From assembly GCA_965242965.1 (NCBI GenBank), contig OZ251518.1, positions 832,001-896,000 on the forward strand: a stretch of DNA of 64,000 bases, given 5' to 3'. A program made the translations under genes and the position numbers. This DNA comes from Candidatus Poribacteria bacterium. GTDB lineage: Bacteria; Poribacteria; WGA-4E; WGA-3G. The notes beneath the pieces are model-generated. The model ran no database searches. It saw nothing but the letters and a program-made list of their open reading frames with translations, and had not been told where the DNA came from. Shown piece after piece: positions 19,201-28,612 of the stretch (positions are counted from its first letter, which is position 1; the number at the start of each line of letters is the position of its first letter).

Positions 19201-20435
19201 AAGGTGCTAATGCCGCTACTGAAAGCACCGTCACCCTCCTGCACGGTGTAACCGAAGTATAACTTGTTGTCAGCATCACTCCTCGTGCCACGGCTGAGAC
19301 TTGCAAGTCGCGCCTGCCCGCTGAAAGTCAGGATCATGACAACATCAGGATGGGCTTCAACAGGTCTCGTAAACTCCACCGAAACCTCAAGCGTATCCCC
19401 TATCCCGTAGAAACGGGTGGATTTCGGGGACAGGTCGTCAACCGTAGGTCCCCGAGCGAGCCCATCGGCATCAAGACATGCCGCCACCGGCATCGGATCA
19501 CCGTGCATGTATTGCTGCAACCAAGCAGTTGTAGGGCTCCCTCTATAAGTCGTCAGGTCTACCCCAGTGCAGACTTCGTGAACCGCGGCGGCGAGACTGG
19601 GGCCTTTATGCGGTGCTTCGCTAACCAACTCATACGGGCTTGTCAGCATGACAGAGTCTGAATTAGCGGCTGGATCCACATCTGGACCCGGCGGCGAAGA
19701 ACCTTCCGGCCCGAATGTTGCATCAACGATCGTCGGGCTAACGGCATATATCCTGGGATAGTAGATAGTGCCGGTATAAGTTGCGCTTGTCGCTCCAACC
19801 CACCGTTGGAAAGGCTTGTCACCACCACGCAGATGCAACCAACTGCCATCCTCGTCCGTGTCGCCTGACTTCACGCGGTAGGCGTATACCACAGTAAAGG
19901 AGTAGGGTGTTCCTGGGGGTATATTCACCTTCACATTCCGACTTGCTTCTATGAAGCGGCTCGGGGACAAGATCTTTGTATATGTGGTACTTGTCCATGA
20001 CTCATACACTGTCCTGTGCGGGCCGCCAGTATCCCAACCACTGAGAGATATAACTGAACCGTGCCTGACATCAGGACCGTTCCTGGTTACCTTAAAGGCA
20101 ATCGCGATAATGTCACCAGCCTTCGCAGTATAGGGATCTGCGCCACCGTGCGCCTTAGCTTCGGTGATTTCAACACCACCGTCATCAATGCTCAGCGTCC
20201 CTTCAGAGAACTCGTCAACCTCCGGCAGCATGTCGCTACCGTTAATGACAATGGGAGTCTTCCGCGCGCCGTCAAACTCCTCTGGCATGCCATCCTCACT
20301 AGGGGGCACCATGTCAGGGTTCACATAAATTCTAACATTATTAATGGTGTAACTTGCCTGCGCGTCGGTTCCCGTTCCGAGGGAAACCACCAGGGTGACG
20401 ATGAGCAAGCAACCTAAGCAACAAAACGTTTTCAT
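16281..20435 (-). CDS. Large secreted/surface protein with Ig-like and two lamin-tail (LTD)-like domains
   Basis: Signal peptide, VVFNELG...DWLELRN and VTFSEIM...QWIELYN with GTPG motifs, LPVELSSF domain, C-terminal LTTFGALKRRK. Confidence 0.8.
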   Translation of the reverse strand: MKTFCCLGCLLIVTLVVSLGTGTDAQASYTINNVRIYVNPDMVPPSEDGMPEEFDGARKTPIVINGSDMLPEVDEFSEGTLSIDDGGVEITEAKAHGGADPYTAKAGDIIAIAFKVTRNGPDVRHGSVISLSGWDTGGPHRTVYESWTSTTYTKILSPSRFIEASRNVKVNIPPGTPYSFTVVYAYRVKSGDTDEDGSWLHLRGGDKPFQRWVGATSATYTGTIYYPRIYAVSPTIVDATFGPEGSSPPGPDVDPAANSDSVMLTSPYELVSEAPHKGPSLAAAVHEVCTGVDLTTYRGSPTTAWLQQYMHGDPMPVAACLDADGLARGPTVDDLSPKSTRFYGIGDTLEVSVEFTRPVEAHPDVVMILTFSGQARLASLSRGTRSDADNKLYFGYTVQEGDGAFSSGISTFWPFATRSEDPNDPFGGPGHTQHPAAPGENHIQHHETTYAIQDLSGNPFTQLNTNSRGKPGADSFRNYASHTKKNWQGGLEHQVDGIRPSVALTKVDEGTDVTGPFTVDIKFYNVMSAPDSDGAPDRTVDIADEVADIDADALRFTDASGNVLEGWTVSTPEFIGYSYVPITRVPRFGVGHPQSKVYRVTLAPPLAFKGDVAIQVPAEVTMDIARNKNLASNTLTVSVDNPLRVVEKPEIVAPPAGAYTAGDKIEVEVTYDRENLRYEGENPPYVTVYLGEEVQANARHAVWSASEDTNSTKVTFAYTVAPTDTVAEAVRVPSVKILVPDKTMLLSGPLTAPSERQVGTEEAAAESGAAPTTVPVADPLPLEDTSGREIAPVVSETPVVPVIYLPETSDPKSPTSDVPRSPVVFNELGNGSGDADDWLELRNVTGAAVSLKDWELSVVQDGKKEDTSLIAFVEDVSVPANGLLLITNSDPTAEGNALAGGDNVATAEVETKGSSHLYFVKSELSLPDDGKFLLILRNAKDKRGLNEAFVDVAGGGGSDTDAFVREQTGDYDTHVWPLQVLQAPGGDTEDALGSGKVWQRAKADIVGYHRDAWAESAFTGIGYDRKVSESAATAGTPGYPNGAVKTEAATPKGSVTFSEIMVDSGGRTLPQWIELYNNSKTDAINLNRWRLEIQNVDSEDLVGRPIVTLTLSEKVIQPNQTLLIVAGPARASSDSYLPADRVYDLLALHEKNLRIKRARDTFLSTEGFYLQLSDRNGNLVDEVGNRDSDRRSDDAPAWALPLSFEEGSRSSVIRRYDKGVALPGQKRASWVLAARVKKVVSSSDALYWGDAEDIGTPGHREGGALPVELSSFSLTRTEAGAVVLTWTTESEVDNAGFNLRRSEKRASGFTLLNPALIAGAGTTGERQTYTFTDTSAKPGIEYYYQIEEVAFDGKPETLVTRLLPGPVSAANRMLTTFGALKRRK

Positions 20436-20497
20436 CAAATTTTCTCCTTAAAGGTTTGATTCCTCTCCTGTTAGGAGAGAGCAGCGTGTTCTAGGAG

Positions 20498-20538
20498 AAA
20501 AACAGGGTAACCGTGGGCGGGCGCCCACGGTTATCCTG
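20498..20538 (-). terminator. Intrinsic terminator-like hairpin inside the 5' leader of the surface-protein gene
   Basis: 16-bp stem (one mismatch) caggataaccgtgggc / gcccacggttaccctg followed by TTTTT on the minus strand. Confidence 0.7.
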
Positions 20539-21010
20539 CCCCTTAATACCCAAAGTGGGGATTGAATTTTCCCCGGAACAACGCTGGTAGATTTCGGCGT
20601 TGCAGTGGAAAGTGCAACGCGAAAAGCCCCGTGGCAGGCGCGTTTTCGCGAGAGCGTGCGCGTGCCAAGAGGCGATATGAAAAATGGCGCGCTTTGCAAG
20701 CGCGTCCGTTTTCGTCATGTTGGAATTGTCTGTAGGGATACTCCCCCGAATCGGCTTCCTGCGGAGAACGCAAGTGGTTAACAGCCGTATATGAAGGGGG
20801 GGGTAAATCGGAATTATGTTTAGTGTGGGAGTGTCCAGAGGCGGCGCGAACGTGAACAGCGCGTAGCCTGGGCGGCTGGCGCGTCGCTGCAATGGCGTTA
20901 TTCGGGCGGATGTGCGTATCCGCGATGAGAAGAACGGGTTGAGTGTTCACGTTTGGCATCCTATGTTTCGTTTCCGCGCTAAACATGTCAATTTTCACTA
21001 TATGTTATAT

Positions 21011-21039
21011 AGTATACCACATTTTTCTGCGTTTGTCAA
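21011..21039 (-). promoter_or_regulatory. sigma70 promoter for the surface-protein gene (long leader)
   Basis: Minus strand TTGACA-17-TATACT with extended -10 TG. Confidence 0.75.
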
Positions 21040-21159
21040 ATTAAAATGCGATTAAAATGTGATTTTAGCAGATTTTTGCGTTTTTTTCAAGACTTTTTTG
21101 AAAAAAACGCGTTGCGCGCGGAAAAAATCGCGTTGCGCGCGGGAAAAATTTTGTTTTCA

Positions 21160-21515
21160 CCGTAGCGCGCGGGCCTGTCCCGCGCGTTTTTCGGATTCCC
21201 GTAGCGTTTTCCCGTTACCGTAGCGCGAGGGCCTGTCCCTCGCGTGCAGCAAACCACGCTCCGATCACCGTAGCGCGAGGGCCTGTCCCTCGCGATCTCT
21301 CGGTGGAACACAAAACGCCCCGTTTTACCGTAGCGCGAGGGCCTGTCCCTCGCGAATGTTCCGCGCGTCCCGGGCATGGCGGGGGACAGGCCCCCGCCCT
21401 ACGGTTAAAAGGAGCCTCCTCCTTCTGTAGTTCAAGAGCACCTGCTCTTGACCTGATGGCGATCAGGCGATCGCAAACTACAGAGGGGGAACGCGAGGGA
21501 CAGACCCTCGCGAAC
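21160..21515. repeat. REP-like cluster (families A and B)
   Basis: Four direct family A copies, an inverted A copy and a family B doublet. Confidence 0.9.
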
Positions 21516-21633
21516 GTTCGCAAACGACAGAAATACGAAAATTCAATTGGCCTATCAAAACGCGATTTCGGTTTGCATTTTGTTTCAAAAAGGTGTATAC
21601 TATACCTAAAACTTTCATGAGGAGGCACAAGAT

Positions 21634-22152
21634 ATGAAATACTGCACCCTTTTTGTGGTTGGGGTTTTGCTCTTAAGTTTCACTGCGTTCGGCGAGCTAA
21701 GCGTCAAAGACCTCGAGAAATTCCACGGGATGTTCAAAGAATCGGAGGCGCGGATGCAGGAATTCATGAAGGAGTCCGAAGAACGGACGAAGGAATACGT
21801 ATCGCAAGAAATCGCGCTGGTTAATCTCCGCATTGACGAGACGAACAAGCGGATAGAGAACGAATCTAAAGCGGCAAACATCCGACACGATTCGGTAAAC
21901 AACCGGTTTAGCGATGTGAACCGTTTCTTGAGTTTCATCTTTGGTTTGCTGGCGGCGTTGATTGTTGCTGTCATCGGCATGCCGTTATGGGAGCGGAAAA
22001 AGGCGCGTGAACAAGACGAGCAATTGAAAGCGCAACAACGGCAACTTGAGGCGCAACAACAGCAAATTGAGGCACAGCAGCGGCAACTTGAGGCGCAACA
22101 AGTTGAACTCAACGCGATGCGAGAGGCATTGGCAGCTCTGGAGCAGCGTTGA
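21634..22152 (+). CDS. Signal peptide + coiled coil + TM + coiled coil hypothetical protein
   Basis: GAGGAGG RBS, TTGCAT-17-TATACT promoter at 21573-21601, EAQQxQL heptad repeats. Confidence 0.75.
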   Translation: MKYCTLFVVGVLLLSFTAFGELSVKDLEKFHGMFKESEARMQEFMKESEERTKEYVSQEIALVNLRIDETNKRIENESKAANIRHDSVNNRFSDVNRFLSFIFGLLAALIVAVIGMPLWERKKAREQDEQLKAQQRQLEAQQQQIEAQQRQLEAQQVELNAMREALAALEQR

Positions 22153-22179
22153 GGCGTGCAGCAAACCATGCCGCGACAA

Positions 22180-22555
22180 CCGTAGCGCGAGGGCCTGTCC
22201 CTCGCGAACGCTCGATCTCCGTAACGTTTTCGCGATTCCCGTAGCGCGAGGGCCTGTCCCTCGCGAGTGTTCCGCACGTCCCTGGCATGGCGGGGGACAG
22301 GCCCCCGCCCTACGATTAAGAGGAGCCTGCTCCGTCTGTAGTTCAAGAGCGCCTGCTCTTGACCCGATGGCGATCAGGCGATCGCAAACTACAGAGGGGC
22401 GCGCGGTTTGTCCCGCGCGTGCGGCAAACCACGCCCCTTCACCGTAGCGCGAGGGCCTGTCCCTCGCGATCGCTCGATTACCGTAGACGGGAAGAAATCG
22501 AGACCAGGAGGTCTCTCCTACCCTATTGCATCGAGACCAGGAGGTCTCTCCTACC
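22180..22555. repeat. REP-like cluster (families A, B and C)
   Basis: Layout similar to 21160-21515 plus atcgagaccaggaggtctctcctac x2. Confidence 0.9.
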
Positions 22556-22585
22556 AAGAAGCCATTGATAACAAAAAATATATTG

Positions 22586-22614
22586 TTGACAAACACCTCA
22601 CAATTTGCTATAAT
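22586..22614 (+). promoter_or_regulatory. Consensus sigma70 promoter
   Basis: TTGACA-17-TATAAT. Confidence 0.8.
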
Positions 22615-22654
22615 AAAATTGCTTAATTTCCAGAAGGCATAAGGAACGCATCAA

Positions 22655-23461
22655 ATGAAAACCAATTCATGGTTCATCGCGGGTTTATTCGTCCTATCGG
22701 CGGTAGGCACCGGGTTTCTCTACTGGTTCCGCGTTGAGACAGATGCGCGCGTTGTTCAGCGTGCGCCGCTCAGCAGCGAGGCACCAAATCACGCGCTATT
22801 TGACGAAGTGTTGCAGGCGCATGTCAACGCCGAAGGACAAGTAGACTACGCAGGGCTGAAAGCACACCCTGAAAAATTGGAGGCATACTTGGATATGCTG
22901 GCAATGACGAACCCGGCGGCGTTATCCTACAACGAACAACTGGCGTTTTGGCTCAATGCCTATAACGCGCTCGTCATCAAAGCCGTTGTAGATAGATACC
23001 CGACGACGAGCGTCCGAAGCATCAAACCGTTCGGTGGGTTTTTCTCTCGGCTGAAATTTCAGGTAGCTGGCAAACCTTACACGCTCAATGAAATTGAGCA
23101 CGACGTTATCCGCGCCGAGTTTGTGGATGCGCGCGTGCACTTCGCGCTCGTCTGTGCATCGGTAGGATGCCCGGCGTTAGAAAACCGCGCCTTTTTCGCC
23201 GATACGCTTGAGGAACGGCTTGAAACCGTCACGTTTAACTTCGTTACTAATCCAGAAAAAGTGCGGCTTGAACGCGGCGAACGTCGAATCTATCTCTCCA
23301 AAATTTTTAAATGGTATGCCGCTGATTTCACGGAGGGATACGCGGGCGTAACCGATTTCCTCGCGGATTACCTGCCGTTGGAGGATGCGGCATTTCTTGA
23401 AACGGAAGAGGTTGAATTGCACTATTTGGATTACGATTGGACGTTGAACCATCAGCGGTAG
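22655..23461 (+). CDS. DUF547 domain protein
   Basis: GQVDY, LAFWLNAYNA, TLNEIEH, RVHFALVCASVGCP, LSKIFKWY, YDWTLN. Confidence 0.88.
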   Translation: MKTNSWFIAGLFVLSAVGTGFLYWFRVETDARVVQRAPLSSEAPNHALFDEVLQAHVNAEGQVDYAGLKAHPEKLEAYLDMLAMTNPAALSYNEQLAFWLNAYNALVIKAVVDRYPTTSVRSIKPFGGFFSRLKFQVAGKPYTLNEIEHDVIRAEFVDARVHFALVCASVGCPALENRAFFADTLEERLETVTFNFVTNPEKVRLERGERRIYLSKIFKWYAADFTEGYAGVTDFLADYLPLEDAAFLETEEVELHYLDYDWTLNHQR

Positions 23462-23479
23462 GAGATACGGCCTTGACAC

Positions 23480-23640
23480 CCGTAGCGCGGGGGCCTGTCC
23501 CCCGCGTTGCCGGAGCGTGGCGAAGGCTTGTCCCTCTGTAGTTTGTGATCGCCTGATCACAAACGAGTCAGGATCAGGCGATCCTGACCTACAGAGCCTG
23601 GCGCGCGAACGCTGGCGAGGGACAGGCCCCCGCCCTACGA
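23480..23640. repeat. REP-like cluster (A-B-B'-A')
   Basis: gtagcgcgggggcctgtcccccgcg, gtagtttgtgatcgcctgatcacaaac and an inverted A copy. Confidence 0.88.
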
Positions 23641-23666
23641 AAAAGGAGAATTTTGGAGAAATTTTT

Positions 23667-24704
23667 ATGACAAACACTGCAATAATCGGTTACGGCTATG
23701 CCGGCCGCGCGTTTCATTCCTATCTCGTCGGTTTGGCAGATGGATTGAACCTTTACGCCATCGCCACGCGGGATGCTGAACGGCAGGCCGCCGCACGCGA
23801 AGCCTACCCAAATGCGCGGATTTACCAAACCATTGACGAAGTCATCGCAGATGATGCTGTGGAGCTCGTTGTGCTGGCCACGCCGCACGATACACACGCC
23901 GAACTCGCCATCAAAGCGATGAATGCCGGCAAACACCTCGTCACAGACAAGATCATGGCGATGAACACGCCCGAGGCGGACGCGATGATTACCGCCAGCA
24001 AACGGAATAACGTCATGCTCAGCGTCTTCCACAACAGGCGATGGGATTGGGACTACCTCACCGTCAAAAAGGTTATCGCCGATGGGCTGCTCGGCAGGCC
24101 TTACCTTTTCCAAGTTGCGATTATGCGCTATGGGAAGCCCGGCGGCTGGCGGGGTATCAAGAAACGTAGCGGCGGTATCCTCTACGATTGGCCCGCGCAC
24201 TTCGTCGATCAGGCGTTGCAGCTCGTGCAGGCACCGGTCTCGTCTGTCTTCTGCGATATCTACTACGATACAAAATGGGGCGTGGACATCGGCAACTACG
24301 CGAATCTCATCATTAAGTTCATGAACGATGTCCGGTATCAGATTGAGATAAGCAATCTCTCCAAGGCTGAGAAGCCGCGGTGGTATGTCGTCGGTGACGA
24401 GGGCGGCCTCATCAAATACGGGTTGGACCCGCAGGAGGGCCCAATGCGCGATGGCGATATCGATGCCGCCGAGGAAGACCCGGGCAATTACGCGAAAGTC
24501 TGGACAGAATCGGGCGGTGAACCTCGCGAACTCGTGATTGAGAGTGTGCGCGGCACGTGGAAATCTTACTATCAGAACATCGCCGATGTGCTGAACAACG
24601 GCGCGGAATTGGCTGTCAAACCTGAGGAAGTTCGGAAAGTCATGCGGGTTTACGATGCGGCGATGAAATCCGCGGCAACAGGCAGAACGGTATTTCTCCG
24701 GTAG
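23667..24704 (+). CDS. Gfo/Idh/MocA family oxidoreductase
   Basis: AIIGYGYAG, ATPHDTH, VFHNRRWD, GGILYDWPAHFVDQ. Confidence 0.9.
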   Translation: MTNTAIIGYGYAGRAFHSYLVGLADGLNLYAIATRDAERQAAAREAYPNARIYQTIDEVIADDAVELVVLATPHDTHAELAIKAMNAGKHLVTDKIMAMNTPEADAMITASKRNNVMLSVFHNRRWDWDYLTVKKVIADGLLGRPYLFQVAIMRYGKPGGWRGIKKRSGGILYDWPAHFVDQALQLVQAPVSSVFCDIYYDTKWGVDIGNYANLIIKFMNDVRYQIEISNLSKAEKPRWYVVGDEGGLIKYGLDPQEGPMRDGDIDAAEEDPGNYAKVWTESGGEPRELVIESVRGTWKSYYQNIADVLNNGAELAVKPEEVRKVMRVYDAAMKSAATGRTVFLR

Positions 24705-24784
24705 GAGGAATTCTGCTGCGTTGTTCAAATTCTGGACAATCGTGTTCATTTTGTCACGGGTATTGTCGAGGCCGTTTCCCTTTC

Positions 24785-24966
24785 ACCGTAGGGCGAGGGC
24801 CTGTCCCTCGCCATCGTTTTGGTGTCAGACTGCATCACCTCTGTAGGTCAAGATCGCCTGATCTTGACCCGTTCGGGATCAGGCGATCCCGAACTACAGA
24901 GTGGGCCCGATGCTGAAACATCTCGCCGGCAACGAACGATCGCGGGGGACAGGCCCCCGCCCTACG
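24785..24966. repeat. REP-like cluster (A-B-B'-A')
   Basis: Same modules as the other clusters. Confidence 0.88.
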
Positions 24967-25012
24967 AAACCTGAATGCGAACCGAATGCCTATCCCTATC
25001 GCATCACAAAAC

Positions 25013-25028
25013 TGGCATGATACTTGCT
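25013..25028 (+). promoter_or_regulatory. Putative sigma54 promoter
   Basis: TGGCATG-ATAC-TTGCT. Confidence 0.65.
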
Positions 25029-25088
25029 ATAACATCTAGTAAACACCAATGCGCGCTGCGAAAGCACGCGAAATCAGGAGAGTCAAAA

Positions 25089-26195
25089 ATGAAAACGAAT
25101 TTTTGGAGCACAAGCCTCGCATTCCTGCTGATAGTCCTCTTCGCTGGTGCGGTAGCGGCAGACCGGCATGCCGCGGAGTCGCCTTACCACGAACTCAACC
25201 AGCAAGTCATCGCGAGCATTGACAAAGGGTTGGAATGGTTGAAGGCACAGCAGGGAGAAGATGGCCTCTTCCGCAACCATCCTGGGATAACGGCACTTGC
25301 GGTTACCGCCTTTTTGCGGCATCCACAGGGAAAATACACGGAGGCGAACAGCCCGTTCCTCCAGAAGGCCATCCGGCAGCTCATCGCGATGCAACAACCG
25401 AACGGTGCTATCTATGACGCGGACAAGCAACCGGCGTTGCCGAATTACAACACCTCTATCTCCGTGATGGCACTCGCCTCAACGGGAAATTCGGCATACG
25501 CCGAGGTTATCGCCAAAGCGCAAGGGTTCCTGAAGAGCCTGCAAATCACCGATGAAGAGAGCGTCTATTACGGCGGTATCGGCTACGGCAGCCGCGAAAC
25601 CGTGCATGATCTTTCCAATTTGAATATCGCTGTTCAGGCACTCAAAGAGAGCGGCTCCGATGACGACGAAGTCTGGAACAAGGCGATTAAGTTTCTGGAA
25701 CGGACGCAGAACCGCAGTGAGAGCAATGACCAGGGATGGGCAGGCAACGACGGCGGTTTCATCTATTCGCCAGACGGCGAGAGCAAGGCAGGCACGGATG
25801 AGGCGGGGAGTCCGCGCAGTTATGCGAGCATGACTTATGCGGGGTTGTTGAGTTTCATCTACGCGAACGTCGATAAAGATGACCCGCGCGTGCAATCGGC
25901 TATTGATTGGATTCAGAAGCACTTCACCTTGGAAGAAAACTACGGCATGGGTGCGCAGGGGCTCTATTACCACTATCACACCATGGCAAAGGCGTTGCGG
26001 CTTTACGGCCAGCCGGTTCTTGTGGATGCGAAGGGCATCTCGCACGACTGGTATCAAGAATTCGCCGGAAAGTTGATGGAATTGCAGAAACCGGAAGGCT
26101 TTTGGCTCAATGAAGAGAGCCGCTGGATGGAGGCAGATCCGGTGTTAGTTACGAGTTATTCTGTTCTCGCGCTGGATACGGCTTACCCGCGTTAA
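25089..26195 (+). CDS. Exported prenyltransferase / squalene-cyclase repeat protein
   Basis: Signal peptide and QW-like repeats (KGLEWLKAQQGEDG, LIAMQQPNG, LMELQKPEGFW), DGGFIY. Confidence 0.8.
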   Translation: MKTNFWSTSLAFLLIVLFAGAVAADRHAAESPYHELNQQVIASIDKGLEWLKAQQGEDGLFRNHPGITALAVTAFLRHPQGKYTEANSPFLQKAIRQLIAMQQPNGAIYDADKQPALPNYNTSISVMALASTGNSAYAEVIAKAQGFLKSLQITDEESVYYGGIGYGSRETVHDLSNLNIAVQALKESGSDDDEVWNKAIKFLERTQNRSESNDQGWAGNDGGFIYSPDGESKAGTDEAGSPRSYASMTYAGLLSFIYANVDKDDPRVQSAIDWIQKHFTLEENYGMGAQGLYYHYHTMAKALRLYGQPVLVDAKGISHDWYQEFAGKLMELQKPEGFWLNEESRWMEADPVLVTSYSVLALDTAYPR

Positions 26196-26212
26196 TTTCA
26201 TGTTGCGCTCGG

Positions 26213-26238
26213 GGGCGGATCTCCGCATCCGCCCTTTT
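26213..26238 (+). terminator. Intrinsic terminator
   Basis: gggcggat-ctccgc-atccgccc-tttt. Confidence 0.65.
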
Positions 26239-26259
26239 CCTATATTTTATCTTCCTGCA

Positions 26260-26622
26260 TCACGATTCCCCAGTAGGAGAGACCTCCCGGTCTCGATGCA
26301 TTTCTCGCTGCAGCTGTTCTGCCTTCAGCGTTATCCACTGTTTAATCTCGGTTAATTCCTTACGCATCGTTTCCAATTCGCGCGCTTGTGCTTCAATGCG
26401 CTTTTCTTGCGCATCAAGGCGTTTTTCTTGCGCCGCCAATTTTGCATCCTGCTCGCGTTCCTTTTTCCAACCTAGGATGAGCAGCAGGCCAATCAACGCC
26501 AACAAAGCGACAAACAGCATAAAGACGTGACCGAAGTTTTTGTCCACCGAACTTATCTCGCTAAAAGTGGGGATGCCCAAGAACAACAGCCCACACATCA
26601 AAAATAGGCAAATTAACTTCAT
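26260..26622 (-). CDS. Small membrane / coiled-coil protein, paralogue of 21634..22152
   Basis: AAGGAGG RBS, TTGACA-17-TATAAT promoter at 26654-26682, WKKEREQD..AQEKRxxAQ heptads; C-terminus encoded by a family C REP. Confidence 0.7.
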   Translation of the reverse strand: MKLICLFLMCGLLFLGIPTFSEISSVDKNFGHVFMLFVALLALIGLLLILGWKKEREQDAKLAAQEKRLDAQEKRIEAQARELETMRKELTEIKQWITLKAEQLQREMHRDREVSPTGES

Positions 26623-26722
26623 CGGTTGCACCTCCTTGACAAAGATTTCTTATATTATATCGTAATTGCTAGGAAATGTCAAGCAAAAATAAACTTATTT
26701 CCGCGAATTGCGTTAAAATAAC

Positions 26723-27132
26723 TGAGGGTGTTTCATATTTCGAGGCGTTCGGTAGGAGAGACCTCCCGGTCTCGATTTTCCCGCATCGCGGTGGCCTGTC
26801 CTCCGCGATGGCTCAAGAACCGTTTTTTATCGTAGCGCGGGGGCCTGTCCCCCGCGATCTCCATCGTCACGATGTGTGTTTTCCCTCTGTAGTTCGGGAG
26901 CGCCCGCTCCCGAACGGGTCAGGATCAGGCGATCCTGATCTACAGAGCCTGGGGCGCGCGAACGATGGCGAGGGACAGGCCCTCGCCCTACGATGAAGGG
27001 AGACCTTCTGCTGCCGCTGCCGCGGGAGGCGCGCCGCCTATTGCATCGAGACCGGGAGGTCTCTCCTACCGGCAGAAATCGAGACCGGGAGGTCTCTCCT
27101 ACGGGTGTGCATCGAGTTATGAAATACCCTCA
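26723..27132. mobile_element. MITE-like element filled with REP modules
   Basis: TIRs TGAGGGTGTTTCATA / TATGAAATACCCTCA, flanking direct repeat AAATAAC on both sides, no coding capacity evident. Confidence 0.7.
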
Positions 27133-27177
27133 AAATAACACCAAAGCGAACAGATTGCGGGTATGTGCACACAATAT

Positions 27178-27245
27178 AAACCTATTTCCTCAAACTGCGT
27201 CTAAACGTACAAAATCCGAACTTTATTCGTCCTTCGTTTGTCTAA
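27178..27245 (+). promoter_or_regulatory. Tandem ECF-sigma-like promoters
   Basis: AAACCT-15-GTCTAA and GAACTT-16-GTCTAA upstream of the ABC permease genes. Confidence 0.45.
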
Positions 27246-27286
27246 AAGTTAGTAATTAAATATCATTTTGCAGGTTCAGGAGGAAA

Positions 27287-28591
27287 ATGATGCGCATATT
27301 GGAGGGAATATCTGTTGGCATCGCGGCGATCCGCAGCAATAAATTGCGTTCCCTACTGACAATGCTCGGGATTATCATCGGCGTTGCATCGGTGCTCGCG
27401 ATGATAGCCATCGGCGACGGTGCCAAAGTCATCGTGCTACAAGATGCCCAGAAACTCGGCGGTGTGAACCAATTTACGATGTATCGCAGCAGCCATAAAC
27501 GCGTTGGCAACCGGTGGGTGCGGAATCGCAGCAACGAATACTTTGAATATGAGGACGTTCTCGCGATTGAAGCGGAATGCCCCTCTGTCAAGGTAGTCGT
27601 GCCTAGAATTCCTGAATGGCGAGGCGTGCTGGTGCAAGCCGCCGACGGTTCCGAAACCCGAACCGGCTATAACGGCGTAAATGCCTCATTTGCAACAGCA
27701 ATGGATTGGGATACATCGCAAGGACGTTTTATTTCCGAGGAAGATATTGATAATGAGTCCAAAGTTTGCGTGCTGGGCTCGGACGTGGTGACAGCCTTGT
27801 TTGGCAACGACTCGCCCCTCGGCAAAGAGGTGAAAATCGGCAGAGGTGGTGGCCGTTATGACAGATACGGCAGGAAAGACCGGAGGCGGACGACCGAACG
27901 GTTCACCGTTGTCGGAACAATGGAAGTCAGAGGGAGAAGTCTCCGGTTCGGTTGGAATCTGGACGACATGGTGTTTCTCCCACTCACGACGACGCAAGAA
28001 CGCTTCACCGGCAACGACCGGATTGTGATGCTTTCTGTCCAAGCGAATACTGTTGAAGAGGTGCCGAAGGCGATCGAAGAGGTGAAAACGGTTCTCCGGA
28101 AACTGCACAACAATCAGGACGATTTCTTCAGTATCTGGGATATGCGGGAAGGCATGGCGCAGTTAGAGAAAATCAGTAAAGTGATCAAAATCGCGTTGGG
28201 GAGCATCGCCGGGTTCTCGCTACTTGTCGGCGGCATCGGCATTATGAATATGATGCTCGTCGCAGTTACCGAACGCACCCGCGAGATTGGGCTCCGGAAG
28301 GCACTCGGCGCGAAGCGGATGGATATCTTGGTGCAGTTCTTAATGGAGGCGGTAGTGCTGTGTAGCATCGGCGGCGCGCTCGGAGTGGTGCTCGGCATCG
28401 CGGCTGGCGAAGGCATGGCAATGCTGGCGGTGAACATCGTTCAGATTGTGCCTGAATGGCCCTCGGTGGTTTCAAAGGAGTGGATTGCCATTGCAGTCTC
28501 ATTCTCGGCGGCAATCGGCATCTCCTTCGGGATGTATCCCGCGATAAAAGCGTCTTCGTTATCACCCATCGAAGCATTAAGAACGGATTAA
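27287..28591 (+). CDS. ABC transporter permease, MacB/FtsX family
   Basis: RSLLTMLGIIIGV, VGGIGIMNMMLVAVTERTREIGLRKALGA, PIEALR. Confidence 0.93.
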   Translation: MMRILEGISVGIAAIRSNKLRSLLTMLGIIIGVASVLAMIAIGDGAKVIVLQDAQKLGGVNQFTMYRSSHKRVGNRWVRNRSNEYFEYEDVLAIEAECPSVKVVVPRIPEWRGVLVQAADGSETRTGYNGVNASFATAMDWDTSQGRFISEEDIDNESKVCVLGSDVVTALFGNDSPLGKEVKIGRGGGRYDRYGRKDRRRTTERFTVVGTMEVRGRSLRFGWNLDDMVFLPLTTTQERFTGNDRIVMLSVQANTVEEVPKAIEEVKTVLRKLHNNQDDFFSIWDMREGMAQLEKISKVIKIALGSIAGFSLLVGGIGIMNMMLVAVTERTREIGLRKALGAKRMDILVQFLMEAVVLCSIGGALGVVLGIAAGEGMAMLAVNIVQIVPEWPSVVSKEWIAIAVSFSAAIGISFGMYPAIKASSLSPIEALRTD

Positions 28592-28612
28592 GCGGAGGAG
28601 GAACGTTAACAA

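Noticed and set aside
20540-20800. Cobalamin or c-di-GMP riboswitch
   Set aside because: I could not find the conserved cores by eye, so it is kept only as an unknown structured leader.
21108-21150. 2 x 21-bp tandem cgcgttgcgcgcggaaaaaat
   Set aside because: Only two copies with no further structure; probably a local slippage duplication.
23589-24749. Long antisense ORFs (also 31890..32696, 11102..11848, 21615..22346)
   Set aside because: They are shadows of well-supported genes on the opposite strand.
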